Origin: the human T2T-CHM13v2.0 reference genome, Homo sapiens
Strand: one strand, 5' to 3'
Length of the DNA stretch: 64,000 nucleotides
Assembly: GCF_009914755.1 (NCBI RefSeq)
Contig: NC_060932.1
Below are positions 28,751 through 42,923 of the stretch, piece after piece. The notes under the pieces were generated by a model. It saw only the letters and a list, made by a program, of their open reading frames with translations. It did not search any database and was not told the origin of the DNA. How positions within the stretch are numbered: position 1 is the stretch's first letter; each line of letters begins with the position of its first letter. The position numbers and the translations under genes are program-made.

Positions 28751-29440
28751 AACCTGGACGCAGACCACCTGGAGCATCTCCAGCTCAACGGCCAATCTCC
28801 AACCCACACCACCTCCAAGCCCACACCACCACCCCTCTCCCTCCTCCGACCCAGGACCCCGATTCTCAGCCTTCGCCCTCTCTCTCCTCCCCGAAGTGAC
28901 CAGGGATCTTCCTAAAGATCCCATGGTATCTGGGAGCCAAGGTTTGGGATCTGCCAGCCCTGATTCCATAACCCACACTTATCCTTCCTCACGGAGCCTG
29001 TTTCTGCCTCTGACAATGGTGGTAGCGCAGCCCGCTCCGCACCGCACCGCACATGGCGGCTGCAAGGACGGCATGGGTGGGGTTCTTTGCACAGTGCCAG
29101 GTACATAGCAAATCCCCATAAAAAGAGCTCCTGGAAGGGCTCTGTCAACAGCGTGAGTGGACAGTCTCAGCAGAGGACAACCTGAGGCTTGGGTTGGTCA
29201 CAGCAAATGTGAGAGACCAGGAAAAGGGGTGCATGTGAGTTCTGGAACCCAGAAAGTGATCATCTGTATCTGGCACAGTATCTGCTTTTGAGCCCAGAAG
29301 GAAATAAAGGCCCTGGAGGGGCGCTGAACCCTAAAGCACTGGAGCTGCAGGGAGAGGTCTTCTGAGGCAGCTTCTGGCAGCCCCAGACAAGGGGAGGGCC
29401 AAGTGCTGACCTAACCATGGCCTTGGGGGCAGGTGTGCAG

Positions 29441-29533
29441 GCCTATGGATTAGCAAATAAGGACCGAAACGTGCTTATGGATTAGCAATTAAGGACCAAA
29501 ACATGCCTATGGATTAGCAATTAAGGACCAAAA
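29441..29533. repeat. 32-bp tandem repeat, about 3 copies
   Basis: gcYtatggattagcaaWtaaggaccRaaacRt at 29441, 29473 and 29505. Confidence 0.9.
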
Positions 29534-29549
29534 TGAGCTTAAGTTTGGA

Positions 29550-31085
29550 CCCTTTTCAGTTCACAAGCGTTTTTATTTTTACATACATATATGTAGCATG
29601 GTGTATTGGCTAAGAAAATCGACCTTGGAATTTCAAGCCCAACTCTACAGTTAACTGTGAGGTTGGATGAGTTATTAATGTCTCTGAATCTATTTCCTGA
29701 TTAGTAAATGATGTATTATGGTTCTCCAGAGAAACAGAACCAATGATGTGGGGTGGGGGAGGACAAGAGAAAGAGGGTTATTATCAGGAATGCACTCACA
29801 GGGTTATGGGGGCTGGGCAGTCCCAAGACCTGCAGCTGTCAAGCAGAAGAGCTGATTGAAAGCCAGTAGACTTGAGACCCACAAAGAGCTGATGTGTCCA
29901 TTCAAGTCTGAAGGCAAGAAAAGACGTAGGTCCCGGTTCAGTCAGGCAGGAGGTGGTTCCTATGCGGGCCTTGAACTAATTGAATGAGGCCCACCCACAT
30001 TATGAAGGGCACTCTGCTTCACTCAGTTCACAAATTCAAATGTTAATTTTATCCAAAAACACCCCCACAGACACACTCAGCACACACAGTGTCACTACTT
30101 ACTCTCAGATTGCTCTCCAGACTGGGGGAACCAATTGACAAGGCCCCCAGCTCCCCCAGCTATGAGACTACATTCCCCATAACTTTTCAGCATGTTCACT
30201 TGATTCTCCAACCTTAACAGACTTGTGATATTACTTTAATGGCAAACAAGGCTCTGCTGTCCCACGCGCTTACTTTGCCACATGGCACAGTATCTGTGTC
30301 ACAGACGCACTCTTCACAAGGACAGGTCCAGGCCTGTGTCAGTCACTGCTTCATCCCAGCACCTAGCACAGGGCCTGACTCATGGTGAGCTGTGGACAAA
30401 CGCACATGCAATTAACGACTTGTTCCTGCCTCAGGGTTCTCTTTTCCAGATGAGTAGAACAATTCACATTTTTTCACTCCTTACTTCAGACTGGGAGAAA
30501 GGGCCTGAGCAGAAGGATCAGAGTTCAAAGGAGGGGACACAGCGCCACAGAGGCAATGCCTGGAGCAACAAAGATTGGGGTTTGGGCATGTACTGGAGTG
30601 AGAGTGGAAAGGGCATGGAAGTCAGGGTCCAGTCAGAAGACAGAGGCCTCGTCAGTTATTTCAACAGAGAGGATTTCGCATCATGAATCACTATGTACGA
30701 AGTGACTACCGAAGGAGCTGAAAAGAGAACTCTATCTCAGAAGCAAAAACTGCAGGGAGCACCTGCTACGCTAGGGCTGTGGAAACAAAGGGAAGCGTTT
30801 GGAATTACTGGGGTCAGAAAGCCTGGGAACTAAACCCCTAAGGAGAGGGCTTCGCAGGTCTCTGGTCCCTGACCTGGCCCCGAGGGTGGGGACAGATCCC
30901 CGAGGCGAGGCGTCGATGGCTGCGGTCTGAGGTCTCTAGCGGGGGGCCGATGAAGCTGCTTCTGCGAAGTTGGGAACCCGCGCACCAGTTTTAGCAGCCG
31001 CGGAAGGAAGTGCTCTTGCCGGGGCGAAGCAGCAGAGTTCGGAAGACACGCGACCAGGGCACCAAACAGACCGGAAGCCTGAGGA
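29550..31085 (-). ncRNA. MINCR: Spliced lncRNA MINCR (MYC-induced long non-coding RNA)
   Basis: Position between GLI4 and ZNF696 is recalled. On -: exon 1 ends at donor CTG|GTGCGC (30986); exon 30717-30485 is bounded by gttctcttttcag| and GAA|GTAAGG; a further donor AGA|GTAAGT at 30103; AATAAA at 29577-29572. No convincing ORF. Confidence 0.75.
29712..30080 (-). mobile_element. MLT2-family ERVL LTR fragment (preceded by a MIR at about 29590-29710)
   Basis: tgtattatggttctccagagaaacagaaccaat...aggcccacccacattatgaagggc...aaatgttaat...ccaaaaacacc. Confidence 0.75.
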
Positions 31086-31230
31086 AAAAACCGGAAGCAA
31101 ACCGGAAAGAGTGTGCCCCTCTCTCCTCCGCAGCCTCGCGCGCTTTCTCTGGCGCCCCTAGTGGGAAAGCCTAGCATGGCACCAGCTGGCCAAGCAGAAA
31201 AAGGTTTGCGGAGACCGGGCCAGCCGCAGA
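30870..31230. promoter_or_regulatory. MINCR: CpG-rich MINCR promoter with clustered ETS sites
   Basis: ccggaag at 31071 and 31091, accggaaa at 31101, cggaaggaagtg at 31001. Confidence 0.75.
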
Positions 31231-31353
31231 GGTGGAGCTGAGGGTCAAAACCTCCTCCCTGGAGCAGGAGGGCAGAGAGGCCTTCCTTGTACGTTCGAGC
31301 GGATTCATAAGATAAATGGTGAAGGACTCAGATGGCTGAGATGAGATTTTGTA

Positions 31354-32075
31354 GAAAAACCTCGCCGAGTGCCAAGTGCAGCTAGGGCTTCAGGAGTCCA
31401 GCCTGGTTTGTAAGCCTCGAGGAGCCCACGCGTGGCCGCAGGTGCAAATGGTCTCAGAGCAGCCATGCACGGGAGAATTCCTCCCAGGGAGAAACGCCGT
31501 GAATGTGACTTCTAGGGACACGCACAGCCGGTGGAAACCGTATGCATGTAGTGTGCATAGGTGAGATGTAATGGAACACTGGAGAAGCACCTTGTGAACG
31601 TGGGAAGGGTTTCGCGCATGCTCAGGCTCCGTTCGGGATCAGAACATTCCCGCAGGAGAGAAGCCAATGAGCAGCACTGGACGTGGCCACACCTTCGTGG
31701 AAGCGCTGGTCCTCAGGCATCAGAGTGGACATAGAGAGGCCCTGCAAATGTAATGACTGTGGGAACGCCCGCCTCCTGAGTTCATGCTGCCGTGAGGGAG
31801 CAGACTGTGGGTGCGGGCATGCGGAAAGGTCTCAGATAATCCCCACTGGAGAGGAACACTGTGGATGTCATCCACGCAGCAGAATCGGATAAATTGCACC
31901 AAGGGACCCCACCCCCACCCCCTGTGCAGTGACCACCGCAAAACCTTTAAGCAAAGATCTCATGCCCCGAAATGCCAGGGCCGTCACCAGGGATGCAGCA
32001 GGGAGTGAAACACCCATCTCTTTTCTCACACCAAACCGTAGCCAAGGGATTCACCACGAGGTGAGCCGGTGCGAG
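31354..32075 (+). pseudogene. Heavily decayed C2H2 zinc-finger array (relic ZNF last exon)
   Basis: Frame-shifted linker and finger relics: EKP..EC..CS*GFR (31354), HGRIPPREKRREC (31468), KPYACS (31535), TGEAPCERGKGF (31578), QNIPAGEKP..GHTF..LRHQ (31655), ERPCKCNDCGNA (31734), QIIPTGEE (31845), CSDHRKTFKQRSH (31925), QGIHHE (32043). Confidence 0.7.
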
Positions 32076-32959
32076 AGGGAGGACTCTGCAGGCGGAGACT
32101 GCCCTCGGGGTTGTGGCCTCAGAACGGGGTCCTGCTCCCTGGAGACATGGACCCTGTTTCTTACAGTAGCTTTTGTGCATCATGGGCAGGCAGTGCCAGT
32201 TGACACCAATCAAGTCTCAACACTCAGCCTGCACACGTGCAGATCCTCTGGAAAAACGCAGCCCCTCCCATCCTCAGATCCTAAGAGAGGTAGGGGCCTT
32301 GCCCATTAGCTGACTCCAAGACAACCTGGCTGGGACCAGAAGGTGAGAGCCAACCCCTGCGGCTGCTACAGGCCCCACAGGAGGCCCGGGGAGGGTTTCC
32401 TGGCAGTGTCTTCCGAGTCGCCGCAAGTTTCTGCCCAGTTTTCACAGCCTGCTCTTCCCTGGGTTCCGGCTGGGTCTCTTCCTCAGGTATGGCTCCACGC
32501 CTCCCCTGCCCAGTTGATGCAGGTCTCGCTCTGATCACATCCAGTTCCTGTAGACCATTGGCCACTCACCAGGCCGCTTTGCCTTGCGTTTTCTAGGGTC
32601 TTGTTTCATGGGGTCATGGGAACCCACTCAGGGACCACCCAACTACCTGAGAGGCCCACTGGAAAACGCAGATTCCCAGGCCCCACCCCAAGGGATTCAG
32701 CAGGCCTCAGGGGAAGCCAGGAAATCTGGATTTAGTTCAAATACCCAAATACATTGATCATGGGCCTGGTTCGGGAATCTGTTCTCCTCCAAGCCCTCAA
32801 AGCAGGAGCTGCTGGCCTGCCCTCTGCAAGGCCGCTGCCCAGGCTCTCCTCAGACACCACCTGGACGGGCAGCTCGAGCCGTGGGACGCCCCTGCTTGGG
32901 CCAGAATCGGGTCCTGCACCTCAGACCTGCAGGGCCCAGCTCGGCCTCTGGGCCTCTGG

Positions 32960-33270
32960 CAGCCGCGCCCTGCCTGGCACCCCCTGCCTCCGTGACGCCC
33001 CATCTCTCTCTCTACAACGTAGCCCCGTGCTAGTTCACAGCCTCGCGACCCCTCCCAGAGAGGCCCCACAGCCATGGCCCCCAGCCGCGCGAGCAACGCC
33101 AGGCACTCGCCCGGCCCTGGCCCGCCACCCTTGGGTTCGCCTGGGGTCCCCCGCCAGTCTTCCGAACGGGTCCTCCGAGCTGCCTAGAGCGCCCGGAAAT
33201 GCCCTCGGCACGGGGCGGGGCTTGCGGGGGCGGGGCCGCGCTGCCGACTCGGGCTGGGCTTGGCTCACTG
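32960..33270. promoter_or_regulatory. Small CpG-rich promoter/enhancer-like patch
   Basis: gcccggaaat ETS-like site at about 33190 followed by two GC boxes at 33212-33236. Confidence 0.5.
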
Positions 33271-33376
33271 GGCCTAGGCAGTGCCTCAAGCGTGGGATAC
33301 CCTGGTCAAGTCTTTAAAGATCACAGGTTTTAAACAGATTTCTTTTTACCCAATAGCATTTATTCATACTCTTTAA

Positions 33377-33947
<571 letters not shown>

Positions 33948-35329
33948 AAGGAATGTCTGTGCACGTTTTTAGCAGCTCTTGCTGTTACACTAAATAGACT
34001 TCATGGTTAGCTTGTCCCTAAAATAACCTTCACGTCCTGAGGTCTGAGATCTGCTGGGAGCAGTGCTGGAAGCCCTATTCCCCCACAGCGAGAGGGGCGC
34101 CAGCATCCCTCATTTACGGGAGGAAATCGAGACTTGGTGAGGACGTCCCACAGCCCGGATTTGAACCCAGGCTTGGATCCGAGGCCCACGTGCTTGCTCC
34201 ACAATGCCCCCTGCTGGCCACCCTCCCTGCCCTCAAAGATTGCTGTAACCAGAAGTGGACGAGCATTTCGGGGAGGAATGCTCCCCGCACAAGCCGAGGG
34301 GTCTCCCAGACTCCACTTTGGTGTCCCTGGAGTGCCCATGCCAGCGACCTTTTGGTGGGTCTTTTACCCCAGATGGAACTGTCGCCAAGTGTGTCCCCAT
34401 CGTGGGGAGAGGAAGTGGATCAGCGGCGTCAGGCCTTGCGGAGGTGCACTCGCACCCTCCTGCGCTACGGTCTCAGAGGCAGGAGGACGCTTTCAGGGAG
34501 CCAGCCGCTGTGGCACCTGCAGCAGTTTCAGCAGTTGGGCAGCTCCAGCCGCCCTGCCACACCCTCACTCCTCATCCACTCCAAAATTCAACGCAGCATG
34601 CCGAGCCCCAGGTACGTTGAGGCGGAAAGCTATGGTCCCCGCCCGGAGGAGCCATGCAGTTCCCCGCAGCGTGGGTGGAGGAGGAGGGACAGGTGTCCCA
34701 GTCCTTGAGTCTCAGGTGGGCAAAATCATGCCACTACTGTGGCACTCGTGTGCCTGACTCCAGGCAGGGCCTTCCCGTCCTGCCGCCCTGCACTCTGTGC
34801 ATGGCCATTCTGTGAGGCTGCTGCTCCTCAAGCAGCCCGTGGGATGGGAAATCCCCTCGTTTACACGGTAGACCATCCAGCCCAGCGCCTGCTGCAGAGC
34901 CTGGGTGAACAGCGTCTGGGTGACGAGAGTAACAGGCAGGATGCAAGTGGGAGCAGGCGGCTTCCCAGGACCTCGGTCCATGTGCCCATCCAGCAGGACC
35001 CTGAGCCCAGCTCCCATCTGGGGAGAGGGCTCCACGGGGGCAGGCAAGAGGGGCTGCATGCTGAGCTCCTGAAAGCTCTAGAATGCCCTCTGTAGCCATT
35101 ACACTCGACGGAGGGCATGGCGAATAGCAAGGGCTTGGGGCATGTGGTTGGGTTTTAGGTTTTTCCTTGCAGGACTGTGCTGAGCCTGCACCACTGGGAA
35201 GCCCTTGGCCTCTGCCCTTTCTCTGAAACGCTCCTCTTCTGCCTGGATGCCTTGGTCATTCTTTCCTCATCCATAACCTTGAATAGCTTCACCAAGATCC
35301 GTGCTGGTGTCAATATTTTATATTAAGTT

Positions 35330-35750
35330 TTCCTGGGATATGGTGTTCTTGATTTTTTTGAATTAGGGTATAATTTACATAGCGAAAATGCCCAAATTTT
35401 AAGCACTCGGCTTGACTGTTTACATGTTTACACTCTTGCTAATCCCCCCAGGTCACAGCATGGAACTTTCCAGAGCTTCTCCTCCCTTTCCCTTCCCCTC
35501 CCCCAGCTGATGGGTATTCTAGCTTCTGGAGGGCCCTGTCTGCCATCGGGCCTCTCAGGAATGGATTCGTCTGCCCGCCCTCCTGGCACTCCTTTTGCTC
35601 CACACGATGTGCTAGAGGTCACTCCGGGTGGTTCTGTGTGTCTGTTGGCCCCGTCCGCGCCGGCGTGTGGTTTCCCATTCTGAGTGTTTGCTCTGACCCC
35701 ATTTTTATTGCTGGGGTTGTGTGCTTCTCAAGCCCTTTTCCAATCCCAAA
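35330..35750 (-). mobile_element. Old L1M 3'-end fragment
   Basis: gggtataatttacatagcgaaaatgcccaaattttaag-type L1M 3' terminus in reverse orientation. Confidence 0.5.
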
Positions 35751-36621
35751 CCTGTGGTGTCTTTTCTGAGTTAGAACACCCTAGTGGCTACAAGGACCCC
35801 AGAGTAGGAAGCCCAGCATCCGTGCGACAAGGCTGGGTTCCCTGAGAGCCAAGCGGCCTCCCCACCTCAGCGCCCTCCCCAAACTCCTGCCCACACTTCA
35901 GGACCCGCTGGCAGTGCTGCTTGAGTCACTGCTCCCTGCTCTCTGCTTCTAATGAGGCCTCCACGCGCTGCTTTCTGGCACCTGGCAGGCGGTGCCTGCT
36001 GTGCCTGTGTTTCTCCCTTCTCTTTCGCGAGCTCCCAGGGCAGCCCCCGTGGTGCTCTGTCCACCTTCGGGGGTGTCCCTGGTGCCCAGCGCAGCAGGAG
36101 TGAATGTCCTGAGCCTGAGCCAGTTCTCCTTGACTGCACAGCACCAAGGTGCCAGTCAGTGCTGGTCAGGCTGGCCGCTAGGTCTTGGTGCACCCGCCAC
36201 TTCCTACCACCCTTGCATTTTCTCCTCTTAGGGCCACTGGTGTGTCTCACCTGGAACCTGCTCACCAAAAACCCGTCTGTTACTTCACAGATCCTGCCAC
36301 GCGGGAGCCCGGCACAGCTTGGCTGAGGTCTCTGCCAGGGTCTCCTGGAGCTGCCATTAAGCTGTCCTGGTCTCCGAACTCCTGTGGAGCTTGAGGTCCT
36401 TCCCTGACCATTCGGGCCGTGGCAGGATTTCCATCCTGCGGCTGTGGGGGTCAGGCCCTCGGCTTCCAGGGGTAACTCAGAGGTCTCTGCCTCCCCTGCT
36501 CCTTCTGCCAGGAGACTGGGAGTCCTTCCTTTCTGTGTCACCTGTTTCCTGGCTGCGTGTCCACTTGCTTCAGTTGACCCACGGCCTCTTCTTTGAACAA
36601 CAGTCCTCTTTCTCTGAGGTC

Positions 36622-37983
<1,362 letters not shown>

Positions 37984-38057
37984 TAGCAGGTAAGAGACTC
38001 AGTGGATAGGCTCATGGAAACAGTCCTTGAAGGGGTGGTGTTCTAAGACTCAGCTAC

Positions 38058-38403
<346 letters not shown>

Positions 38404-38479
38404 TGAACTTGCCCTTTATCATGGACATTTACCACCTGCAACTGCCCAGAGGTTCTCTGTCTCACCCTACACCGTGAGG

Positions 38480-39310
38480 ACCCCCTTAGCAAACAGAATT
38501 CCAGGGCGCGGGCTCTTCGCAGGATCTGAGCTATTCGCGGGCGTCCTGAGTTGCTTGGATTCACTCCCCCACCCCCATGTCCCTGGAGTCCTGCCTTGTG
38601 TTTTCGATTCTGTTTCTCAGGGGCCCCAGCGTGTGGCCTCCCATTGTGGGAGAGCAGGAGGGAAGCGGTGAGGGGTGATTTCGGAGGAGGCAGAGCCCCG
38701 GGTGTCCGTGGGAAGCTCCAAAGCCGGGCCGCGGGACGGCTACCCTGGGCTGTGACGCAGTCCAGGATCTTCGCCAAGGCACCTGCTGGAGGCCCCTCCT
38801 GGGTCCCACGACCCCGACTGCGCCTGCCGGCTGCCAGCGAGGAGGCGGGGCCAAGGCGAGGGCGGGGCCGAGGCAGGAGGGGCGGGGTCTGCCTGATGGG
38901 CGGGGCTTCCGTGTGGGCGGGGCTGCTGGCCCTGCGGTCTGAGCCGGCGGGGAGAGGCCCGGGCGGAGGAGGCTGCGGACTCCTAGAGGTTCAGTGCCGG
39001 AAGTTGGGCCTGGAAAGGGGGCACCGCCTTCCCGGTTCTGGTGGCGGGGAGTGAGGGGACGGGCGAAAGCGGCACAGGGAACAGCATGACACGGGCCTGA
39101 GGCAGGGCACATTTGGAAAGGGGCGAGGAGAGGGCAGTGGCTTCTGGCACGGCAGCAGTGGGCATACAGAGGCAGTCGGGACCCGTCTGGAAGAGCCTCC
39201 GCCCGGGGTAAGGAGCCGGGACTGTGTCTAGGAGGCAGTGGGGAGCTCCGGAGAGCGAAGCGCCTCCTGCGCAGACTCGCGTGCTTGGAGTACCGGAGCC
39301 TGCAGGGCAA
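38480..39310. promoter_or_regulatory. ZNF696: CpG-rich upstream promoter-like element, possible alternative ZNF696 TSS
   Basis: Five GC boxes at 38844-38922; gccggaagt at about 38997; donor-like GGA|GTGAGG at 39050/39051. Confidence 0.6.
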
Positions 39311-39394
39311 GAGAGGGTCTTCAGAAGACCCACGACGTTCCACTGGGATGCAGAGGGAAACGGTTACTTGTACTTCTACATCATCTCTTTTAGA

Positions 39395-39716
39395 TGTGTG
39401 TGTGTGTGGTGTGTGTTGTTGTTGTTGTTTTTGTTTTGCGACAGAATCTCTGTCACCCAGGCTGGAGTGCAGTGCCAATCTCGGCTCACTGCAGCCTCCG
39501 CCTCCCGAGCTCAAGTGGTCCCCCCGCCTCAGCCTCCCGAGTAGCTGGTACCACAGGCGCCGGCCACCACGCCCGGCTAATTTTTAAAAAAAATTTTTAG
39601 TCGACACGGTTCTAACTATGTTGCTCAGGCTGGTCTGAAACTCCTGGACTCAAACAATCCTCCTGCCTTGGCCTCCCAAAGTGCTGGGATTACATTCATG
39701 AGCCTCTCGCCCACCC
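39395..39716 (-). mobile_element. AluJ-like element with (GT)/(TTG) microsatellite tail
   Basis: Reverse Alu dimer. Confidence 0.88.
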
Positions 39717-39829
39717 AGTCTAAGTGTTTTAATTTTTATCTTTTACAACTGCTTCTAATTTGTTACAAATAAACGTGCAGCATGTGGTGGGAGTGTTCAG
39801 GTGTTTACTGGTGCAGTGCGCAATGAACG

Positions 39830-41100
39830 CGGTTCCAGGCACGAGATGTGGAGGCCCAGAGGCAGATGCCCGGTGGCGGCGGCGCGGGACTGTCGGAGGC
39901 GCGGGCAGGGACCTGGGCTCCCAAGGCTGTGGCCCTCCCGCCCCAGTCCAGGGTCCAGTTCCAGGGGCGCGTCTGGCCCTCTGTTGCTGTCTTCTTAGGG
40001 TTCTCTCATGGGAATCGGTTCTTCAGCCTTTCTTTTCTCCCCAGAGAGGGTCTGTCTACTCGTTGTAAGAGGGAACAAGTCCACATTGCAGCTGTACACT
40101 TTGCACCCATGATGAAAAGCGTCACTTTTGCAGCATTCCAGCTGGAGATGCGTGACCTTCGGTCTGCGGCAGGCGGAAGGGCGAGAGACTTGGACAGGAG
40201 GTGCATCTTGCCCGGGGAAGGCTGAACGAATGAGAGCTCGGTCCCTGGTGAGAAAGAGCCCAGAGCCCGCGAGAGGCGGGCAGCAAGGGCTTCTCTGCAG
40301 CGGAGACGCGAGGGCGGCGTCCTGCAGGGAGGCGGGGGGCAGCGCCTGGGGCGCTCCAAGCTCTCGGCCCCAAGGAAGCCCACGCTCGGGACCCGCGTGC
40401 TGCCACAGCCCCGGGGGCCTGGAGGGTCCCGTGAGCCGAGCGGGACCCGGGACAAGCGCGGGGCGCCGCGGGGAACGGACGGGAACGCGCGTGGCCGCCC
40501 CACAGCGGGCCTTCGACACCTCCTGACACGTCCTGCGGGTGCCCGGTCCTCAGTTGGCTCGAGCCGGATCCCGGCGCGCCAACGGCTCGACCTTGCCCCC
40601 CACGAGGCAGGGCTTCCTGCCCGGCAGGAAGGACTCGGCCGGCGCCTGCGGGCAACCGATGAGCTGAAGGCGCCGCGGCTGGGCCGTCCCGCTCTCCCGC
40701 CGCCGAGCGCACTGTCCTCCCGCTGCCCAGAGCGTCGCCGGAAGTGCCGAGGGGGAGGGCCAGGGGTGGAGACTGGCGTTTCCGGCGCGCGACGGGGCGG
40801 GGACCGTAGCGGGTGCAGTCCAGCTGCTCTGGACGCTGAGGCCCCGGCTTCTCTTGCTGGGGTGTCGATTCGGGAGGGCTGAGGGCGCGGCCGAGAGAAC
40901 GGGGCGGTCACCGCCGCCGTGGCCCGCGCGTCCCGCCCTCTCCTTGCAGTGCAGGCCCCAGCCGCTCTCGGGCGCGGCGTGGGGGAGGCGGCCCTGCAGG
41001 TGCGTACCCGGGGTCCGACACGTGCGGGGCTTCCTGCGAGCTGAGTCCCCGCTGCGCGTCTTCAGGCCTTTGTAAGTTGTCAAATTTCCCACCGGCCCAG
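39830..41100. promoter_or_regulatory. ZNF696: Main CpG-island promoter and non-coding first exon of ZNF696
   Basis: Dense CpG; ccggaagtg at 40738; GC boxes; candidate donors CAG|GTGCGT (40999/41000) and TTT|GTAAGT (41071/41072). Confidence 0.8.
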
Positions 41101-41224
41101 CTCATCGAGCTTCTTCCCAGCTGTGAACAGGAGGGCCTGTTCCCTAATTCTTGCCGGTAAGGTACTTGCAAAAATCTGCTTCCAGACTAAAAAATTGCAC
41201 TTTAAATTACCTTTTTGTAAAAGC

Positions 41225-41646
<422 letters not shown>

Positions 41647-42395
41647 AAATTACATTTCTTAATTGCACTTGAGGTGAGACCTAAAAAAATGTATTGCCTA
41701 CTGGTTTTTCTTCTTTGTGAGTTACCTATTCATGATCTTTGCCAATTTTCCTTCCTTTCTCATTAATATATAGAGGTCTTTATCAGATAGGGATGAATCT
41801 TTGCATTGCACGTATTCCTCCCTTTTTGGTTTTTTTTTTTTTTTTTACATTAAATTTTTTTATGTAGTTGAATTTGTCAGACATCTGATGTCAGGCTTAG
41901 AAAAATCATTCCTCATTCCAAAACTTTACCATTCAAATAAGTTGTTCTTTTCTTCTGGTTTAACATTTTTATATTCAAATCCTTATAACTACCAAGAAAA
42001 TTTTAAAACCCATGGGAATTTCTCTAGACATTTGAAGACTGCTGGAGGGCGCGGGCTTCCTCAGCATGGAGCTAGGAAGCTGTGGCCACGCCCACCTGTG
42101 CTCTGCGTCAGCCCTGGGTGGAGGGGGACCCGCAGAGCCTGGACCAGAGTTCCTGGGCATCCCACAGAACAGAACACCCGCTTCTGGGAGTGTCTGTTGA
42201 GCCAGGACCTTGATTGCTAGTGACAGGAGTGGGCCCAGCTGGGTGATGCAGCTCCCACAGGGCCTGTTCTGACAGTTTCCTCTGAAGGCATTCTGACCTC
42301 ACTGCCCCTGGCCCCTGTACCTAGCCCTGGCTGTGATTTATTTTCCTTTTCTTTTACCTAAGCAGAAATTGTTCCAACTGCTGGTGTTCTGCAAG

Positions 42396-42459
42396 ATGGA
42401 GCCAGGAGGAGAGCCCACAGGTGCTAAAGAGAGCAGTACCCTGATGGAGTCCCTTGCAG
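42396..42459 (+). CDS. ZNF696: ZNF696 first coding exon: [21 protein letters not shown]
   Basis: Polypyrimidine tract and tandem AAG/CAG acceptor at 42360-42365; aagATGg Kozak context; donor CAG|GTGAGG at 42459/42460 (phase 1). Confidence 0.9.
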
Positions 42460-42716
42460 GTGAGGGGACATGTCCACAGTCGGGCCCAGAGTTCCAGGGC
42501 AGGAATTGAACAGGAATACAGGAAAAACACCATGTCTCAGTCACTGACGCAGAGCATATACTGTGTCCTTGGGCGCAGGGTGAGGGAGGGAGGTAAACGC
42601 AGGCCCATCAGATCTCCTGGGCATCTGTTTGGTGACTGTCTTTGCCAGTGAACTGAGAGCTTTTGGTTAGAAAGTCTGGCAGCCCCAGGCTCTGCCTCTG
42701 GGAAGGTCTCTCTCTC

Positions 42717-42923
42717 AGTGCTTCTCAACCTTGGCACCGTGGCTGTTTTGGAATGGACGAGTCTTTGTTGAGGGGCCATCCTGTGTGTTGTAGGACGTTC
42801 GGCAGCACCCTCGCCTCTGCCCACTTGGTGTCAGTAGGGCCCCCTCCCAGTTGTGACAATCCAAAACATCTCCACACATTGTCAAATGTGCCCTCAGGAC
42901 AAAATCGCCCCCATGAGAACACT
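42717..42923. mobile_element. MER20 DNA transposon
   Basis: cagtgcttctcaaccttggcac...cccagttgtgacaatccaaaacatctccacacattgtcaaatgt...aaaatcgccccc.atgagaacactg. Confidence 0.85.

Noticed and set aside
34250-35100. CpG-containing unique-looking segment with 110-207 aa ORFs
   Set aside because: No recognisable domain in any frame; one faint finger-like phrase on - was too weak to call.
38026-38038. 13-bp match (cttgaaggggtgg) to the left LTR5 junction
   Set aside because: Too short to separate from chance, and not positioned as a TSD.
38561-40911. 317-aa and 301-aa - strand ORFs
   Set aside because: Composites of Alu and CpG-island sequence with no recognisable protein features.
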